A DNA stretch of 38,693 nucleotides from Polyangiaceae bacterium (GCA_025934595.1 JAICXU010000001.1:1-38693), one strand, 5' to 3'. Shown: positions 9,411-18,401, counted from the first letter of the stretch. The notes: a model not told the origin generated them from the sequence alone. Numbers and translations: made by a program.

Positions 9411-10937
9411 CTATTTGCCGCGCTCGGCAGCGGCAGTGACAGCGCCGCTCGAAGAATCCGGCCAGCGGGCCTGCTGCTGCTCGGATTTCGGAACCGGCGG
9501 GATCGCTTTCCACGCATCCCAGTACGAGCAGCCCGGATTCCACATCAGCCAACCGACGCCGCCGCCTTTGTCCGCCTCTCTCGTTTCTTGCGCGAGGTAC
9601 TTCGGACCGTACTCGGGCGAGCGCCACATGAACGCTTGTAGCCATGGCCGGATGATCACGTCCTTGTCGCCGGCCTTTTCGAGTCGATGAATCCCCGATC
9701 TCGTTCCGATCGCGATGATCTCGGGATGATTGCCGGGCTCGTCGAATCCCAAAAATCCCTTGTCGTAGTGCGACGGGTACACCATCGGCGAGAGCGCCTC
9801 GCATTCCTTACCGAGCTGTCCGATATCTTGTCCGAGGTTGTGCGTGTCGACGATGGTGCCCGTGGTCGTGACGCCGAAGATGTCGAGCGAGAGCGGCACG
9901 TGGTGCGCGTTGCTGATCTCGTGCGCCTTGTGCACGAACGCAGTCAGCACCTTCTCGCGAGACCCGTCGGCCGGAGGCAAAACGGCGTTTCCGAGGCCTT
10001 TTTGTACGGGAAAACGCACGTAATCGAGCTGAATCTCGTCGGCCCCGAGCGCGATCTCCTCCTCCTCTAGATCGAGGACGTATTGCTGCGCGTCGGGGTT
10101 CGCCGGATCGAGCCAGTCGATCGGATACGCTTTTCCGAACTTGCTCTGGATGGAGAGCTTCGGCGTCTTCACGCTCGTCCACGGATCGTGGAAGCACGAG
10201 ATGCGCATGATGACGTACACGCCATATTTGTGCGCGAAGCGGATCGTGCGCGCGAGATCCGCGATGGGCGGATGTGCGGCAGCGCCGTTGTCGATCGCGA
10301 TCTGCACCTTGGTCGGATACGTGATCGGGCCCATGTAGTCTTTGCCGTCGAGAACGATCGCATTGATGTTGCGCGCCTGCATGCGCTCGAGCGTCTGCTG
10401 CAAGGGATGCACGGCGTAGATGCCCCCCAAATAAATTCCACGGAGCGCTTTGTCGGCGGGCCATGACCACCGCTCTTCATCGGGCGATTTGTAGGCTTCG
10501 GTAATGAGATGCGGGATTTTGATCTTCTTCCCCGGGAAGACGGCGCCCTGCTTCGAGAGCTCCATCATGAGGTCGTCCCACAAGTAGATGTCGGTGAGGT
10601 CGAGGTACTCCTTCGCAATCGCTTGGATGGATTCTTTTGCCTGCACCGTGTGCGTCACGGTGACCTTGCCGTTTTCCTCGACCGCGACTCCGCCTTTCGG
10701 CAGCTTCGCTTTCACCCAGTCGATGAATGCGACCTTCGGCGCGGTCGGTTGCGCGGGCGCGCTCGAATCGGCCGGTGCCGCGAGCGCGGATGCGGTGTCG
10801 GTCGATGCCGACGGGACGGCGGGTCCGACATCGTGGACGACAGGCGACTCCGCATCGCCCGGACGACTGCTCGCCCGATCTCCCGCGCACGAGGACGTGA
10901 ACAAACCGACGAGCACGAGAGCCGACAAGCGCTTCAT
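9411..10937 (-). CDS. Lipoprotein with LysM-like segment and putative glycoside-hydrolase-like TIM-barrel domain (GHL10/DUF4015-type)
   Basis: 508-aa ORF. Lipobox LFTSSC. The LysM-like stretch is HTVQAKESIQAIAKEY...PGKKIKIP. Motifs NAIVLDGKDY, YVIMRISCFHD and EIQLDYVRFP are as I recall for the DUF4015 putative hydrolase family. Confidence 0.6.
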   Translation of the reverse strand: MKRLSALVLVGLFTSSCAGDRASSRPGDAESPVVHDVGPAVPSASTDTASALAAPADSSAPAQPTAPKVAFIDWVKAKLPKGGVAVEENGKVTVTHTVQAKESIQAIAKEYLDLTDIYLWDDLMMELSKQGAVFPGKKIKIPHLITEAYKSPDEERWSWPADKALRGIYLGGIYAVHPLQQTLERMQARNINAIVLDGKDYMGPITYPTKVQIAIDNGAAAHPPIADLARTIRFAHKYGVYVIMRISCFHDPWTSVKTPKLSIQSKFGKAYPIDWLDPANPDAQQYVLDLEEEEIALGADEIQLDYVRFPVQKGLGNAVLPPADGSREKVLTAFVHKAHEISNAHHVPLSLDIFGVTTTGTIVDTHNLGQDIGQLGKECEALSPMVYPSHYDKGFLGFDEPGNHPEIIAIGTRSGIHRLEKAGDKDVIIRPWLQAFMWRSPEYGPKYLAQETREADKGGGVGWLMWNPGCSYWDAWKAIPPVPKSEQQQARWPDSSSGAVTAAAERGK

Positions 10938-11006
10938 ATGTTTCTCAATCGTAGAATCTCAAACCCGAGATTTTTTCGCCATTATTTGCGCTATAAGGAT
11001 CACGCT

Positions 11007-11876
11007 TTGGATTGGCCGAAGAAAAATCCCAGCGAGCTCGACGCCAGCGAGAAGAAGAGCTTCGGTAAAGGTGTTTTCCGCAAGTGCGACGGTTGCTCGG
11101 CCACCCTTCCCGTCGAGGCGCTGCATGCGAGCTTCGAGGTATGTCCCGAGTGCGGACAGCATCACAAATTGTCCGCCCCGCGATGGCGCGATCTCTTGCT
11201 CGACGACGGCCGCTTCGAGGAATGGGACGCGCATCTCGCTCCCGCCGACCCGCTGAATTTTTCGGACGGTAAATCGTACCGCGATCGGATCGCCTCCGCG
11301 CAGAAGTCGTCGCACACGAAGGAAGCGATGGTCATCGGACGCGGCGCGATCGAGGGCCACGCCGTCGCGTACGGTGCGTTCGTGTTTTCGTTCATGGGCG
11401 GATCCATGGGGTCGGTCGTCGGCGAAAAAATCACGCGGCTCTTCGAGCGTGCTTCGAGCGAGCGCATCCCCGTCATTTTGCTGCAAGCCTCGGGCGGCGC
11501 GCGCATGCAGGAAGGCATCTTGAGCCTCATGCAAATGGCGAAGACCGTCTCGGCGCTCGAGCGATTTCGCGCGACGAAGATCCCGTTCTTCAGCGTCCTC
11601 CTTCATCCGACGACCGGCGGCGTCGCGGCGAGCTTCGCGCTCCTCGGTGACGTGAACATCGCGGAGCCGAACGCGCTCATCGGCTTCGCGGGCCCCCGTG
11701 TCATCGAGCAGACGATCCGCCAAAAATTGCCCGAGGGGTTTCAGCGGAGCGAGTTCTTGCTCACGCACGGCATGATCGATCGCATCGTGAGCCGGCTCGA
11801 CATGCGACGTGAGCTTGCGATGATGATGAGCCACCTGTCGCCGAAGCTCGAACGCGTCAGCGGTCCTCAAGCTTGA
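11007..11876 (+). CDS. accD: Acetyl-CoA carboxylase carboxyltransferase beta subunit
   Basis: Zn-ribbon CDGC-x15-CPEC, then an AccD-like carboxyltransferase core (GGSMG, LLQASGGARMQEG). Preferred start is TTG 11007, preceded by AAGGA. An alternative ATG at 10938 abuts the divergent gene's start codon. The tracked ORF start at 10509 is antisense read-through. Confidence 0.85.
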   Translation: MDWPKKNPSELDASEKKSFGKGVFRKCDGCSATLPVEALHASFEVCPECGQHHKLSAPRWRDLLLDDGRFEEWDAHLAPADPLNFSDGKSYRDRIASAQKSSHTKEAMVIGRGAIEGHAVAYGAFVFSFMGGSMGSVVGEKITRLFERASSERIPVILLQASGGARMQEGILSLMQMAKTVSALERFRATKIPFFSVLLHPTTGGVAASFALLGDVNIAEPNALIGFAGPRVIEQTIRQKLPEGFQRSEFLLTHGMIDRIVSRLDMRRELAMMMSHLSPKLERVSGPQA

Positions 11877-13090
11877 ACGATCTGGCAGCACGGCTCGCCG
11901 ATCTGTATTCACGCGTGCCACGGGGCATGGAGCTCGGGCTGGAGAAGATGCGTGCATCATGCACGCGTTTCGATCATCCCGAAGCCAAATTCAAGGCGAT
12001 CCATGTCGCGGGCACGAACGGCAAAGGCTCGGTATGCGCCACGGTCGAATCGGTGGCGCGCGCGGCGGGGATGAAGACGGGCCTCTATACGTCGCCGCAT
12101 CTCTCGAAATTCTCGGAGCGCATTCGCATCTCGGGTGAGCCGATTTCGGACGACGCGCTCTCTTCCACGCTGGGTCACGTGCTCGGCAGCGCGCCCGAGC
12201 TTTCGTTCTTCGAGGTCGCCACGATGACGGCATTCGTCGCGTTCGCGGAAGCAAACGTGGACCTCGCGGTCGTCGAGGTCGGCATCGGCGGGCGGCTCGA
12301 TGCGACGAACGTGCTCCCTTCCCCGCTCGCCACCGGCATCACGACGATCGCGTTCGATCACATGGACAAGCTCGGAAATTCTCTCGCGGAGATCGCGCGC
12401 GAAAAAGCGGGCATCGTGAAGCCGGGCGTTCCGCTCGTCGTCGGCGGCCGGGTCGAAGGCGAAGCGCTGTCGGCCATCGAATCGGTCGCACGCGAGCGCG
12501 GCGCACCGCTGAAGAGGGCGACGCACACGAATTTCGCGAACGGAACGGCGCTCGCGGGCGCGCATCAAGACGACAACGCCGACACGGCGCTCTGGCTCCT
12601 CTTCGAATCGAAAATTTTGAAGGGCAGGCCGAACCCGCAGCGTGACGTCTTCGAGGGATTCCAGAACGTGAGATGGCCGGGCCGCCTCGAGCGCGTGGAC
12701 ACGCCCGAAGGTCCGTGGCTCTTCGACGCCGCGCACAATCCCGAGGGCGCGCGCGCGCTCGCGACATATCTCGCGCGCGTGAAAGAACCTGTCGCGCTCG
12801 TGTTCGGCACGCTCGCCGACAAGGCGTGGCCCGAGATGCTCGACGTGCTCGCGCCGCTCGCGCAAAATCGCGTGTATCTTGCACCCAAAGGCCGCACCCC
12901 CTCGCCGACGGCTCTGCTCGGGGCACGTCACCCGCGAAAAATCGGCGAAAACGCGCAGGTTGCGATGCCTGCCGCGCGCGCGCTTGCGGGCGAAAAAGGC
13001 ATCGTCGTGGTCGCCGGCTCCATCTTTTTGGTCGGTGAGATTCGCAGCAAGCTCTTGGGCTTGCCGGTCGATCCGCCAGTCGCGCTTTGA
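11873..13090 (+). CDS. folC: Bifunctional folylpolyglutamate synthase / dihydrofolate synthase
   Basis: P-loop HVAGTNGKGS and a Mur-ligase-like layout. TTG start overlaps the accD stop (cTTGA). The accD-folC order is the classical one. Confidence 0.85.
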   Translation: MNDLAARLADLYSRVPRGMELGLEKMRASCTRFDHPEAKFKAIHVAGTNGKGSVCATVESVARAAGMKTGLYTSPHLSKFSERIRISGEPISDDALSSTLGHVLGSAPELSFFEVATMTAFVAFAEANVDLAVVEVGIGGRLDATNVLPSPLATGITTIAFDHMDKLGNSLAEIAREKAGIVKPGVPLVVGGRVEGEALSAIESVARERGAPLKRATHTNFANGTALAGAHQDDNADTALWLLFESKILKGRPNPQRDVFEGFQNVRWPGRLERVDTPEGPWLFDAAHNPEGARALATYLARVKEPVALVFGTLADKAWPEMLDVLAPLAQNRVYLAPKGRTPSPTALLGARHPRKIGENAQVAMPAARALAGEKGIVVVAGSIFLVGEIRSKLLGLPVDPPVAL

Positions 13091-13115
13091 CCGAAAAAAA
13101 TTGTATCCTCCCGCC

Positions 13116-13598
13116 ATGCCGAGCTTCGACATCGTCTCGAAAGTGCAGTGGAACGAGGTCGAGAACGCCTTGAACCAGGCGCAGAAGGAAATCGGACAGC
13201 GCTACGATTTCAAAGACACCGAGACCTCGCTCGAACGCAGCGAAGAAGGCATCACTCTCCGCTCGACGACCGAGGACCGCGTGAAGGCCGCGTTCGGCGT
13301 TTTGCAAGAAAAGCTCATCAAACGAAAAGTGAGCTTGAAGCAAGTCGAGGTGGGCGAGCCGGAGCCGTCCGGAAAAGGGCAGCGCCTCGTCGTGAAGATC
13401 AAAGAAGGCATCGAGGCCGAGCACGCGCGCAAAATCGTCGGGCGCATCAAGGAGTCGAAGCTCAAGGTGCAGGCGTCGATGCAAGAGCAGCAGATTCGTG
13501 TGACCGGAAAGAACAAAGACGATCTGCAGCAAGTGATTCAATTGGCGCGCGGCATCGATCTCCCGCTCGATCTTCAATTCATCAATTTCCGCGATTGA
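13116..13598 (+). CDS. yajQ: YajQ family (UPF0234) nucleotide-binding protein
   Basis: ATG at 13116. Product MPSFDIVSKVQWNEVENALNQAQKEIGQRYDFKD...KLKVQASMQEQQIRVTGKNKDDLQ...FINFRD is collinear with E. coli YajQ as I recall it. Confidence 0.9.
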   Translation: MPSFDIVSKVQWNEVENALNQAQKEIGQRYDFKDTETSLERSEEGITLRSTTEDRVKAAFGVLQEKLIKRKVSLKQVEVGEPEPSGKGQRLVVKIKEGIEAEHARKIVGRIKESKLKVQASMQEQQIRVTGKNKDDLQQVIQLARGIDLPLDLQFINFRD

Positions 13599-14992
13599 AA
13601 AAGCCCTCGAAGAGAGTCGAAGCGAAGGAAGCACCGCACGAGCGGCACCTGTTCGGCACGGACGGCATTCGCGGCGTCGCGAACGTGCATCCGATCACGC
13701 CGGATCTTTGCTTGCGCCTCGGTCGCGCGGTGGCGTCATTTGCAGGGAAAAACAAGGGGGATCCGCCGCGCATCCTGATCGGCAAGGACACGCGTCTCTC
13801 GGGTTACATGATCGAGCAGGCGCTCGCGGCGGGCATCTGCTCGATGGGCGGTCGCGTGATCTTGTGCGGTCCGATGCCCACTCCTGCCATCGCGCATCTC
13901 ACGACGAGCATGCGCGCCGACGCCGGCATCGTCATCAGCGCGAGCCACAATCCGTACGACGACAACGGCATCAAGATCTTCGGACGCGACGGATTCAAGC
14001 TTCCCGACGCTGCCGAAGCCGAGCTCGAATGGCTGATGTCGCACGAGCAGGAGCTCGCACGGCCCACGGGTCCCGGCATCGGACGCGCGGAGCGACTCGA
14101 GGACGCGCGCGGACGATACGTCGTCTTCGTGCGCAACACCTTCCCGGCCGATCTCTCCCTCACCGGTTTGCGGGTCGTCGTGGACGCGGCACACGGCGCG
14201 GCCTACAAAACGGCGCCGCTCGTCTTCTCGGAGCTCGGCGCCACGGTGTTCGCGATCGGCGTGAAGCCGAACGGCACCAACATCAACAAAGACGCGGGCG
14301 CGCTTCATCCGGACAACGTGCGCGCGGAGGTCGTGAAACGCGGCGCGGACATCGGAGTGGCGCTCGATGGCGACGCGGACCGGCTCATCGTCGTCGACGA
14401 AAAAGGCCAAATCGTCGACGGAGACGCGGTGATGGCGATGTGCGCCACGCGCATGATGAAAGAAGGCGCGCTGAAAAAAAAGACGCTCGTCTCCACCGTG
14501 ATGAGCAACCTCGGGCTCGAGCGCGCGATGGAAGCGCAAGGCGGCAAGCTCCTTCGCACCGCCGTCGGCGACCGCTACGTCGTCGAGGCGATGCGCGCCG
14601 GCGGATACAATCTCGGCGGCGAGCAATCCGGCCATCTCATTTTTCTGGATCACGCGTCCACGGGAGACGGCACCATCGCGGCGTTGCAGGTGCTCGCGCT
14701 CATGATGCGCGCCGAAAAACCGCTCTCGACGCTCGCGCACACGTGCATGACTCGCGTGCCGCAAATTTTGGAGAACGTCGTGCTTCGGGCGAGGAGGCCC
14801 ATCGACGAGATGAAGACGATGAACGCCGAGGCGGAGCGGGTGCGGCGCGCGCTCGGCGACGAAGGTCGCGTCTTCATTCGCTGGAGCGGCACCGAGCCGA
14901 AGCTGCGCATCATGATCGAAGGTCCGGACGAAGAACGCCTAGCCGATTGGGCGCGCGACCTCGCACGCGCAGCCAAACGCGACACGGCATGA
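13595..14992 (+). CDS. glmM: Phosphoglucosamine mutase
   Basis: FGTDGIRG near the N-terminus; phosphoserine loop SASHNPYDDNGIK; metal loop ALDGDADR. The only in-frame start just upstream of FGTDGIRG is TTG 13595, which overlaps the yajQ stop (aTTGA). The tracked start at 13148 lies inside yajQ. Confidence 0.88.
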   Translation: MKKPSKRVEAKEAPHERHLFGTDGIRGVANVHPITPDLCLRLGRAVASFAGKNKGDPPRILIGKDTRLSGYMIEQALAAGICSMGGRVILCGPMPTPAIAHLTTSMRADAGIVISASHNPYDDNGIKIFGRDGFKLPDAAEAELEWLMSHEQELARPTGPGIGRAERLEDARGRYVVFVRNTFPADLSLTGLRVVVDAAHGAAYKTAPLVFSELGATVFAIGVKPNGTNINKDAGALHPDNVRAEVVKRGADIGVALDGDADRLIVVDEKGQIVDGDAVMAMCATRMMKEGALKKKTLVSTVMSNLGLERAMEAQGGKLLRTAVGDRYVVEAMRAGGYNLGGEQSGHLIFLDHASTGDGTIAALQVLALMMRAEKPLSTLAHTCMTRVPQILENVVLRARRPIDEMKTMNAEAERVRRALGDEGRVFIRWSGTEPKLRIMIEGPDEERLADWARDLARAAKRDTA

Positions 14993-15555
14993 AGTGGCTT
15001 ATTTTTGCTTGTATTTTATGTGCAGGGTGCAACCATTCACCCGCGAGCTCGACGCCTGTGACGACCACCGCGTCGATTCCGAGCGCGACGGCGTCCACGC
15101 CGGCAAGCGCAGACCCGGCTCCGAGCGCGACGGCGACCGTGGCTTCGAACGGGGATCCCTGCGCGCACGCATCCGCATGGGCGGTCGATCGAGCGCTCGA
15201 TCAAAAGGGCGGCGACATCCAGATCCTCGCGTGGCGTCAGAAGTCCGACGATCGCCCCCTTTACGTCGACGAAGCGCTCGTGTGGCAACACGGCGAAGCC
15301 GGCTGGACGCTCGCGCAAGTGTATCGCCACCCGAAAGAAGACAACGCGTTCCATCTCTCGATCGTGTGCGATGCGCCGTATCAGCCCGAGAAATCGTACG
15401 ACCATGCGCCCAAGGTGAAAGACGTGAAAGATTTTTTGAAGAACACGACGTGGGCCGATGGGCTCGTCGGGTTCAAGCTCGACGCAGGCAAGGCGTGCAC
15501 GGACAACTGGTCGCGCGTGATCGGCGCCCCACCGCCTGCGAACGTTCTCGAGTAA
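14989..15555 (+). CDS. Lipoprotein, function unknown
   Basis: ATG 14989 overlaps the glmM stop (ATGA). MKWLIFACILCAGC lipobox, then a Thr/Ser/Pro/Ala linker and a globular domain. It is the only credible part of the Arg-rich tracked ORF 13708..15555. Confidence 0.65.
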   Translation: MKWLIFACILCAGCNHSPASSTPVTTTASIPSATASTPASADPAPSATATVASNGDPCAHASAWAVDRALDQKGGDIQILAWRQKSDDRPLYVDEALVWQHGEAGWTLAQVYRHPKEDNAFHLSIVCDAPYQPEKSYDHAPKVKDVKDFLKNTTWADGLVGFKLDAGKACTDNWSRVIGAPPPANVLE

Positions 15556-15594
15556 GGAAGCTTTCGGCGCGCGGCCCGTAGAACGGGGCGGGCC

Positions 15595-16170
15595 ATGTCG
15601 ATCGCGCGATTTGCCGTATTTTCTGCCGTTCTAGCGATCGCAGGTGTAGCGCTCGTCGCATGCGGCGCAGCCCACGGCGCGGATTTCCAGTCCGCGGACG
15701 CGAGCGCCGAGTCGGGCCACCGATGGCCGGGCTCGACCGACGACTCCGGCACGACGAACGGCGGTGACGGATCGAGCGTCGAAACCGACGGCGGCACGGA
15801 GCTCGACGGCGCGATCGTCGATGGCCCGACCGCGGACGAGTGCCTCGAAGGTTGGGCGGCATATGATGGCGGGTGCCCTGCCCCGACCATCACCGACTCG
15901 TATGTGGGCAACGGGTGCGTGGGTACCACGGGATGGTTCGTGGACGGCGCGAACTTCCAAGTCCGCCAGCACAACACCGGCGTCGCCGATGACGGGCCGC
16001 AATCGTTCGGCGCGAACGGCAATCAGATGATGTGGAACGTCATCACGACGACGCAGCTCTGCGTGACGGTGTCGGCGGGCGCGAAGGACGCGTGGGTGGG
16101 ACACACCATCTACGTCGTGAATCCCGACGGCAAATCCTCGAACTCCGTCATCGTCGGCGACAGGCTCTGA
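15595..16170 (+). CDS. Lipoprotein with Gly/Asp-rich linker and C-terminal beta-rich (Ig-like?) domain, function unknown
   Basis: 191-aa ORF. Signal peptide with lipobox AGVALVAC. Non-Arg-biased composition. Confidence 0.6.
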   Translation: MSIARFAVFSAVLAIAGVALVACGAAHGADFQSADASAESGHRWPGSTDDSGTTNGGDGSSVETDGGTELDGAIVDGPTADECLEGWAAYDGGCPAPTITDSYVGNGCVGTTGWFVDGANFQVRQHNTGVADDGPQSFGANGNQMMWNVITTTQLCVTVSAGAKDAWVGHTIYVVNPDGKSSNSVIVGDRL

Positions 16171-16266
16171 ACCGCCTATTTTTGGCTCGATCCGCTATCC
16201 TCGAGGGATCGTTCGAGTCCCGGTGTGGAAGCGGAATAGGCCTCGGATGCCCAGTTTCATGGGACT

Positions 16267-17013
16267 TCAGAAGCTGAGGCCGCCGTCGACGTCCATCGTC
16301 CGGGCGTTGAAGTAGTCGCACTCGATCGTGAACTTCACCGCGCGCCAGATGTCGTCGGGCTCGCCGATGCGCCCGCTCGGGATCATCGCGACCACCGCAT
16401 CGCGCGCTTTTTGATTCATGCCGCGTGTCATCGGCGTCTCGATCATGCCGGGCGCGATCGCCGTGCAGCGAATTCCGAATTGTGCCCATTCGCGCGCCCA
16501 CGTGAGCGTGTTCGCGGCGAGCGCGGCTTTCGCGGCCACGTAGTTCGATTGCCCGCGATTGCCGTGCCGCGAGATCGACGAGATGTTGACGACGACGCCG
16601 GGCCTCACGTTTTTCTCGGCCATGTAGGCGACGACCTCTTGCGCCATGAACGTGGCACCCGAGAGATTCACGTCCAGCACGACCTTCCAGTCTTGCTTCG
16701 ACAATTTTTTGATCGCGCCGGTCTCGCGATCTTTTTTCACGAGCAGGCCGTCGCGAAGGATGCCCGCGCAATTCACGAGCGCGTTCAATCCACCCATTTT
16801 TTCCGCCGCCCATGCGACGAACGCCTCGCAATGGTGCGGGTCGGACACGTCGAGCTTGCGCTGATGAATGCTCTGCGGCAGCTCCGACAAAAGCGATTCG
16901 TTGATGTCGCCGGCGGCGACTTGCGCGCCTTCGGCGGCGAGCTGACGCGCGAAATGGGCGCCCATGCCCGAAGCCGCGCCGGTGACGATGACTTTCAATT
17001 CGGAAAGCTTCAC
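16267..17013 (-). CDS. Short-chain dehydrogenase/reductase, 3-hydroxyacyl-CoA dehydrogenase / acetoacetyl-CoA reductase-like (PhaB-like role inferred from context)
   Basis: GTG 17013 is preceded by GGAG and overlaps the phaC stop (GTGA). TGAASGMG Rossmann motif, NISS...YVAAK catalytic motif. The upstream 145 codons of the tracked ORF overlap phaC out of frame. Confidence 0.8.
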   Translation of the reverse strand: MKLSELKVIVTGAASGMGAHFARQLAAEGAQVAAGDINESLLSELPQSIHQRKLDVSDPHHCEAFVAWAAEKMGGLNALVNCAGILRDGLLVKKDRETGAIKKLSKQDWKVVLDVNLSGATFMAQEVVAYMAEKNVRPGVVVNISSISRHGNRGQSNYVAAKAALAANTLTWAREWAQFGIRCTAIAPGMIETPMTRGMNQKARDAVVAMIPSGRIGEPDDIWRAVKFTIECDYFNARTMDVDGGLSF

Positions 17014-18050
17014 GAGAGATCTCCTGAGTGGATGAATGATTGCGCCGGCGCGTCGGCGTGCTCTTCGAGCCACGCGGCAACGGCGGGATACAAAACCTTC
17101 GATGCTTTCGATCCCACGACCGCGCCGACGTCGCCGCCGGACACGCGGAGCACGTCCTTCACGCTGGCGCCCGAAAAATCTCCGAGCGCGGTCGCGGCGT
17201 CGGGCGGACAAATCGCATCGCGGTCGGCCACGATGGACATCACGGGAGCCTTGATTTTCCCTAGATCCACGCGTTTTCCGGCCACGCGATGCTCGCCGCG
17301 AACGAGCGCGTTCGATTGATAGAGGTCTCGGATGTACGTGGCGTACGCGGCGCCGGGAAACGGCACGTTGTCCTGCGACCAAGCCTCGAGCGCGTCGAAC
17401 GCTTCGCGCGCCTTCGGATCGTGCATGCGAAGGGCGATGCCGATCCACTTCGCGATCGGGAGCGTCGGCCGCATCGCGGAAAATCCGCTTTGCATTTGCC
17501 AGGCAGGCAGATTTCCTGCGTCGGCGATCGCCTGCGCATCGAAGTGCTTCGGATCGACGAGCTCACCGAGCAGACCCGCCTTCGAAAAGTCGATGGGCCC
17601 GAGCAAGTTGACGAGCGCCGCGATCTCGCCGGGATGGAGCGCAGCGTGAATGGCGGCGAGCGTGCCGCCCATGCAGTAGCCGAGGAGCGCGTATTTCTGC
17701 GCGCCCGAATCTCTCCGCACGGCGCGCGCCGCATGACGAAGGCGCGCGAGCACGTCGTCCCAGGAAAAGTAACGGTCCTCGTCCTCGGCGATACCCCAAT
17801 CGAGCAGATACACCGAGCGCTGCGGACGCGCGCGTACGAGCGACTCCACGAGGCTCGCGCCGGGCCTGAGATCGAGCACGAACCACCGGTTGATCATCGA
17901 TGGCACGAGGAAGAGCGGCGTCGCGTTCGAACGAAGCGGCACACCTGCCGCGTCCTGAGGCTGTGCGCCGCGGAATCGGTAGAGCGTGGCCGTGCCGATC
18001 TTCAGGATCGCGTCTTTGGGCGTCGCCGCGACGGTGACCGCGCTCGTCAT
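17010..18050 (-). CDS. phaC: Class III/IV-type PHA synthase catalytic subunit PhaC (copy 1), with Asp in place of the conserved catalytic His
   Basis: ATG 18050 lies 2 nt after the upstream gene's stop. Lipase-box-like GYCMGG (Cys nucleophile), ADRDAICPP (Asp). The expected GGH(I/V)G reads SGGDVGAVVG (codon GAC). 346 aa, typical of class III/IV size. Confidence 0.85.
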   Translation of the reverse strand: MTSAVTVAATPKDAILKIGTATLYRFRGAQPQDAAGVPLRSNATPLFLVPSMINRWFVLDLRPGASLVESLVRARPQRSVYLLDWGIAEDEDRYFSWDDVLARLRHAARAVRRDSGAQKYALLGYCMGGTLAAIHAALHPGEIAALVNLLGPIDFSKAGLLGELVDPKHFDAQAIADAGNLPAWQMQSGFSAMRPTLPIAKWIGIALRMHDPKAREAFDALEAWSQDNVPFPGAAYATYIRDLYQSNALVRGEHRVAGKRVDLGKIKAPVMSIVADRDAICPPDAATALGDFSGASVKDVLRVSGGDVGAVVGSKASKVLYPAVAAWLEEHADAPAQSFIHSGDLS

Positions 18051-18052
18051 CG

Positions 18053-18322
18053 TCAGCCCCCGACCGTGAACATCTCCGACGAGCGCTTGACGGCCTCGAG
18101 CGAGAGCCGGCGCCACTCGGCGTTCAGCGCCGATGCGTACGCGAACGACTCTTTCGTGAGCTTCGCGAGCTCGTCGACCACCTGCGTCGCCTGCTCGTTC
18201 CGCTTCGTCTCCATCTTTGCGAGCTCGTCGTAGAAAGCCGTGGTGCGCGAGACCGCGTCTTCCATCGATTTCTTCCAAAACGCCTGGAATTGCTGCAACT
18301 GCACATTTTCTTTGTCGGCCAT
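18053..18322 (-). CDS. Small coiled-coil PHA granule-associated protein (phasin / PhaE-like)
   Basis: ATG 18322 is preceded by GGAGGA. The 89-aa helical product MADKENVQLQQFQAFWKKSMED... sits between phaR and phaC. The WKKS[MF] motif is shared with the small protein at 24816. Confidence 0.6.
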   Translation of the reverse strand: MADKENVQLQQFQAFWKKSMEDAVSRTTAFYDELAKMETKRNEQATQVVDELAKLTKESFAYASALNAEWRRLSLEAVKRSSEMFTVGG

Positions 18323-18363
18323 GATGTCCTCCGTTCGCCGCACATTCCTGCGGAACGCGCGGG

Positions 18364-18392
18364 AACATACGAACCGCGCATCGGACCGTCAA
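18364..18392 (-). promoter_or_regulatory. Sigma70-like promoter for the phasin-phaC-SDR operon: TTGACG-17 nt-TATGTT
   Basis: Minus strand reads TTGACG gtccgatgcgcggttcg TATGTT, about 40 nt upstream of the GGAGGA-ATG at 18322. Confidence 0.5.
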
Positions 18393-18401
18393 GGCATTTT
18401 G

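Noticed and set aside
10509-11006. Long N-terminal extension of accD (tracked start 10509; ATG 10938)
   Set aside because: 10509-10937 is antisense to the glycoside-hydrolase-like lipoprotein gene. ATG 10938 would abut the divergent start codon and would turn the only AT-rich promoter-like spacer into coding sequence. TTG 11007 with an AAGGA upstream is preferred, though it is not proven.
13708-14988. N-terminal 427 codons of tracked ORF 13708..15555
   Set aside because: This is an Arg-rich out-of-frame reading of glmM. Only the portion from ATG 14989 (lipobox MKWLIFACILCAGC) looks like a real protein.
16210-16241. Possible tRNA gene or fragment (CGTTCGAGTCCC T-loop-like sequence with a 7-bp closing stem)
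   Set aside because: The five bases either side of TTCGAGT (GATCG and CCCGG) do not pair. No D-arm or anticodon arm can be drawn, and the element spans only 68 nt. Kept only as a low-interest structured-spacer finding.
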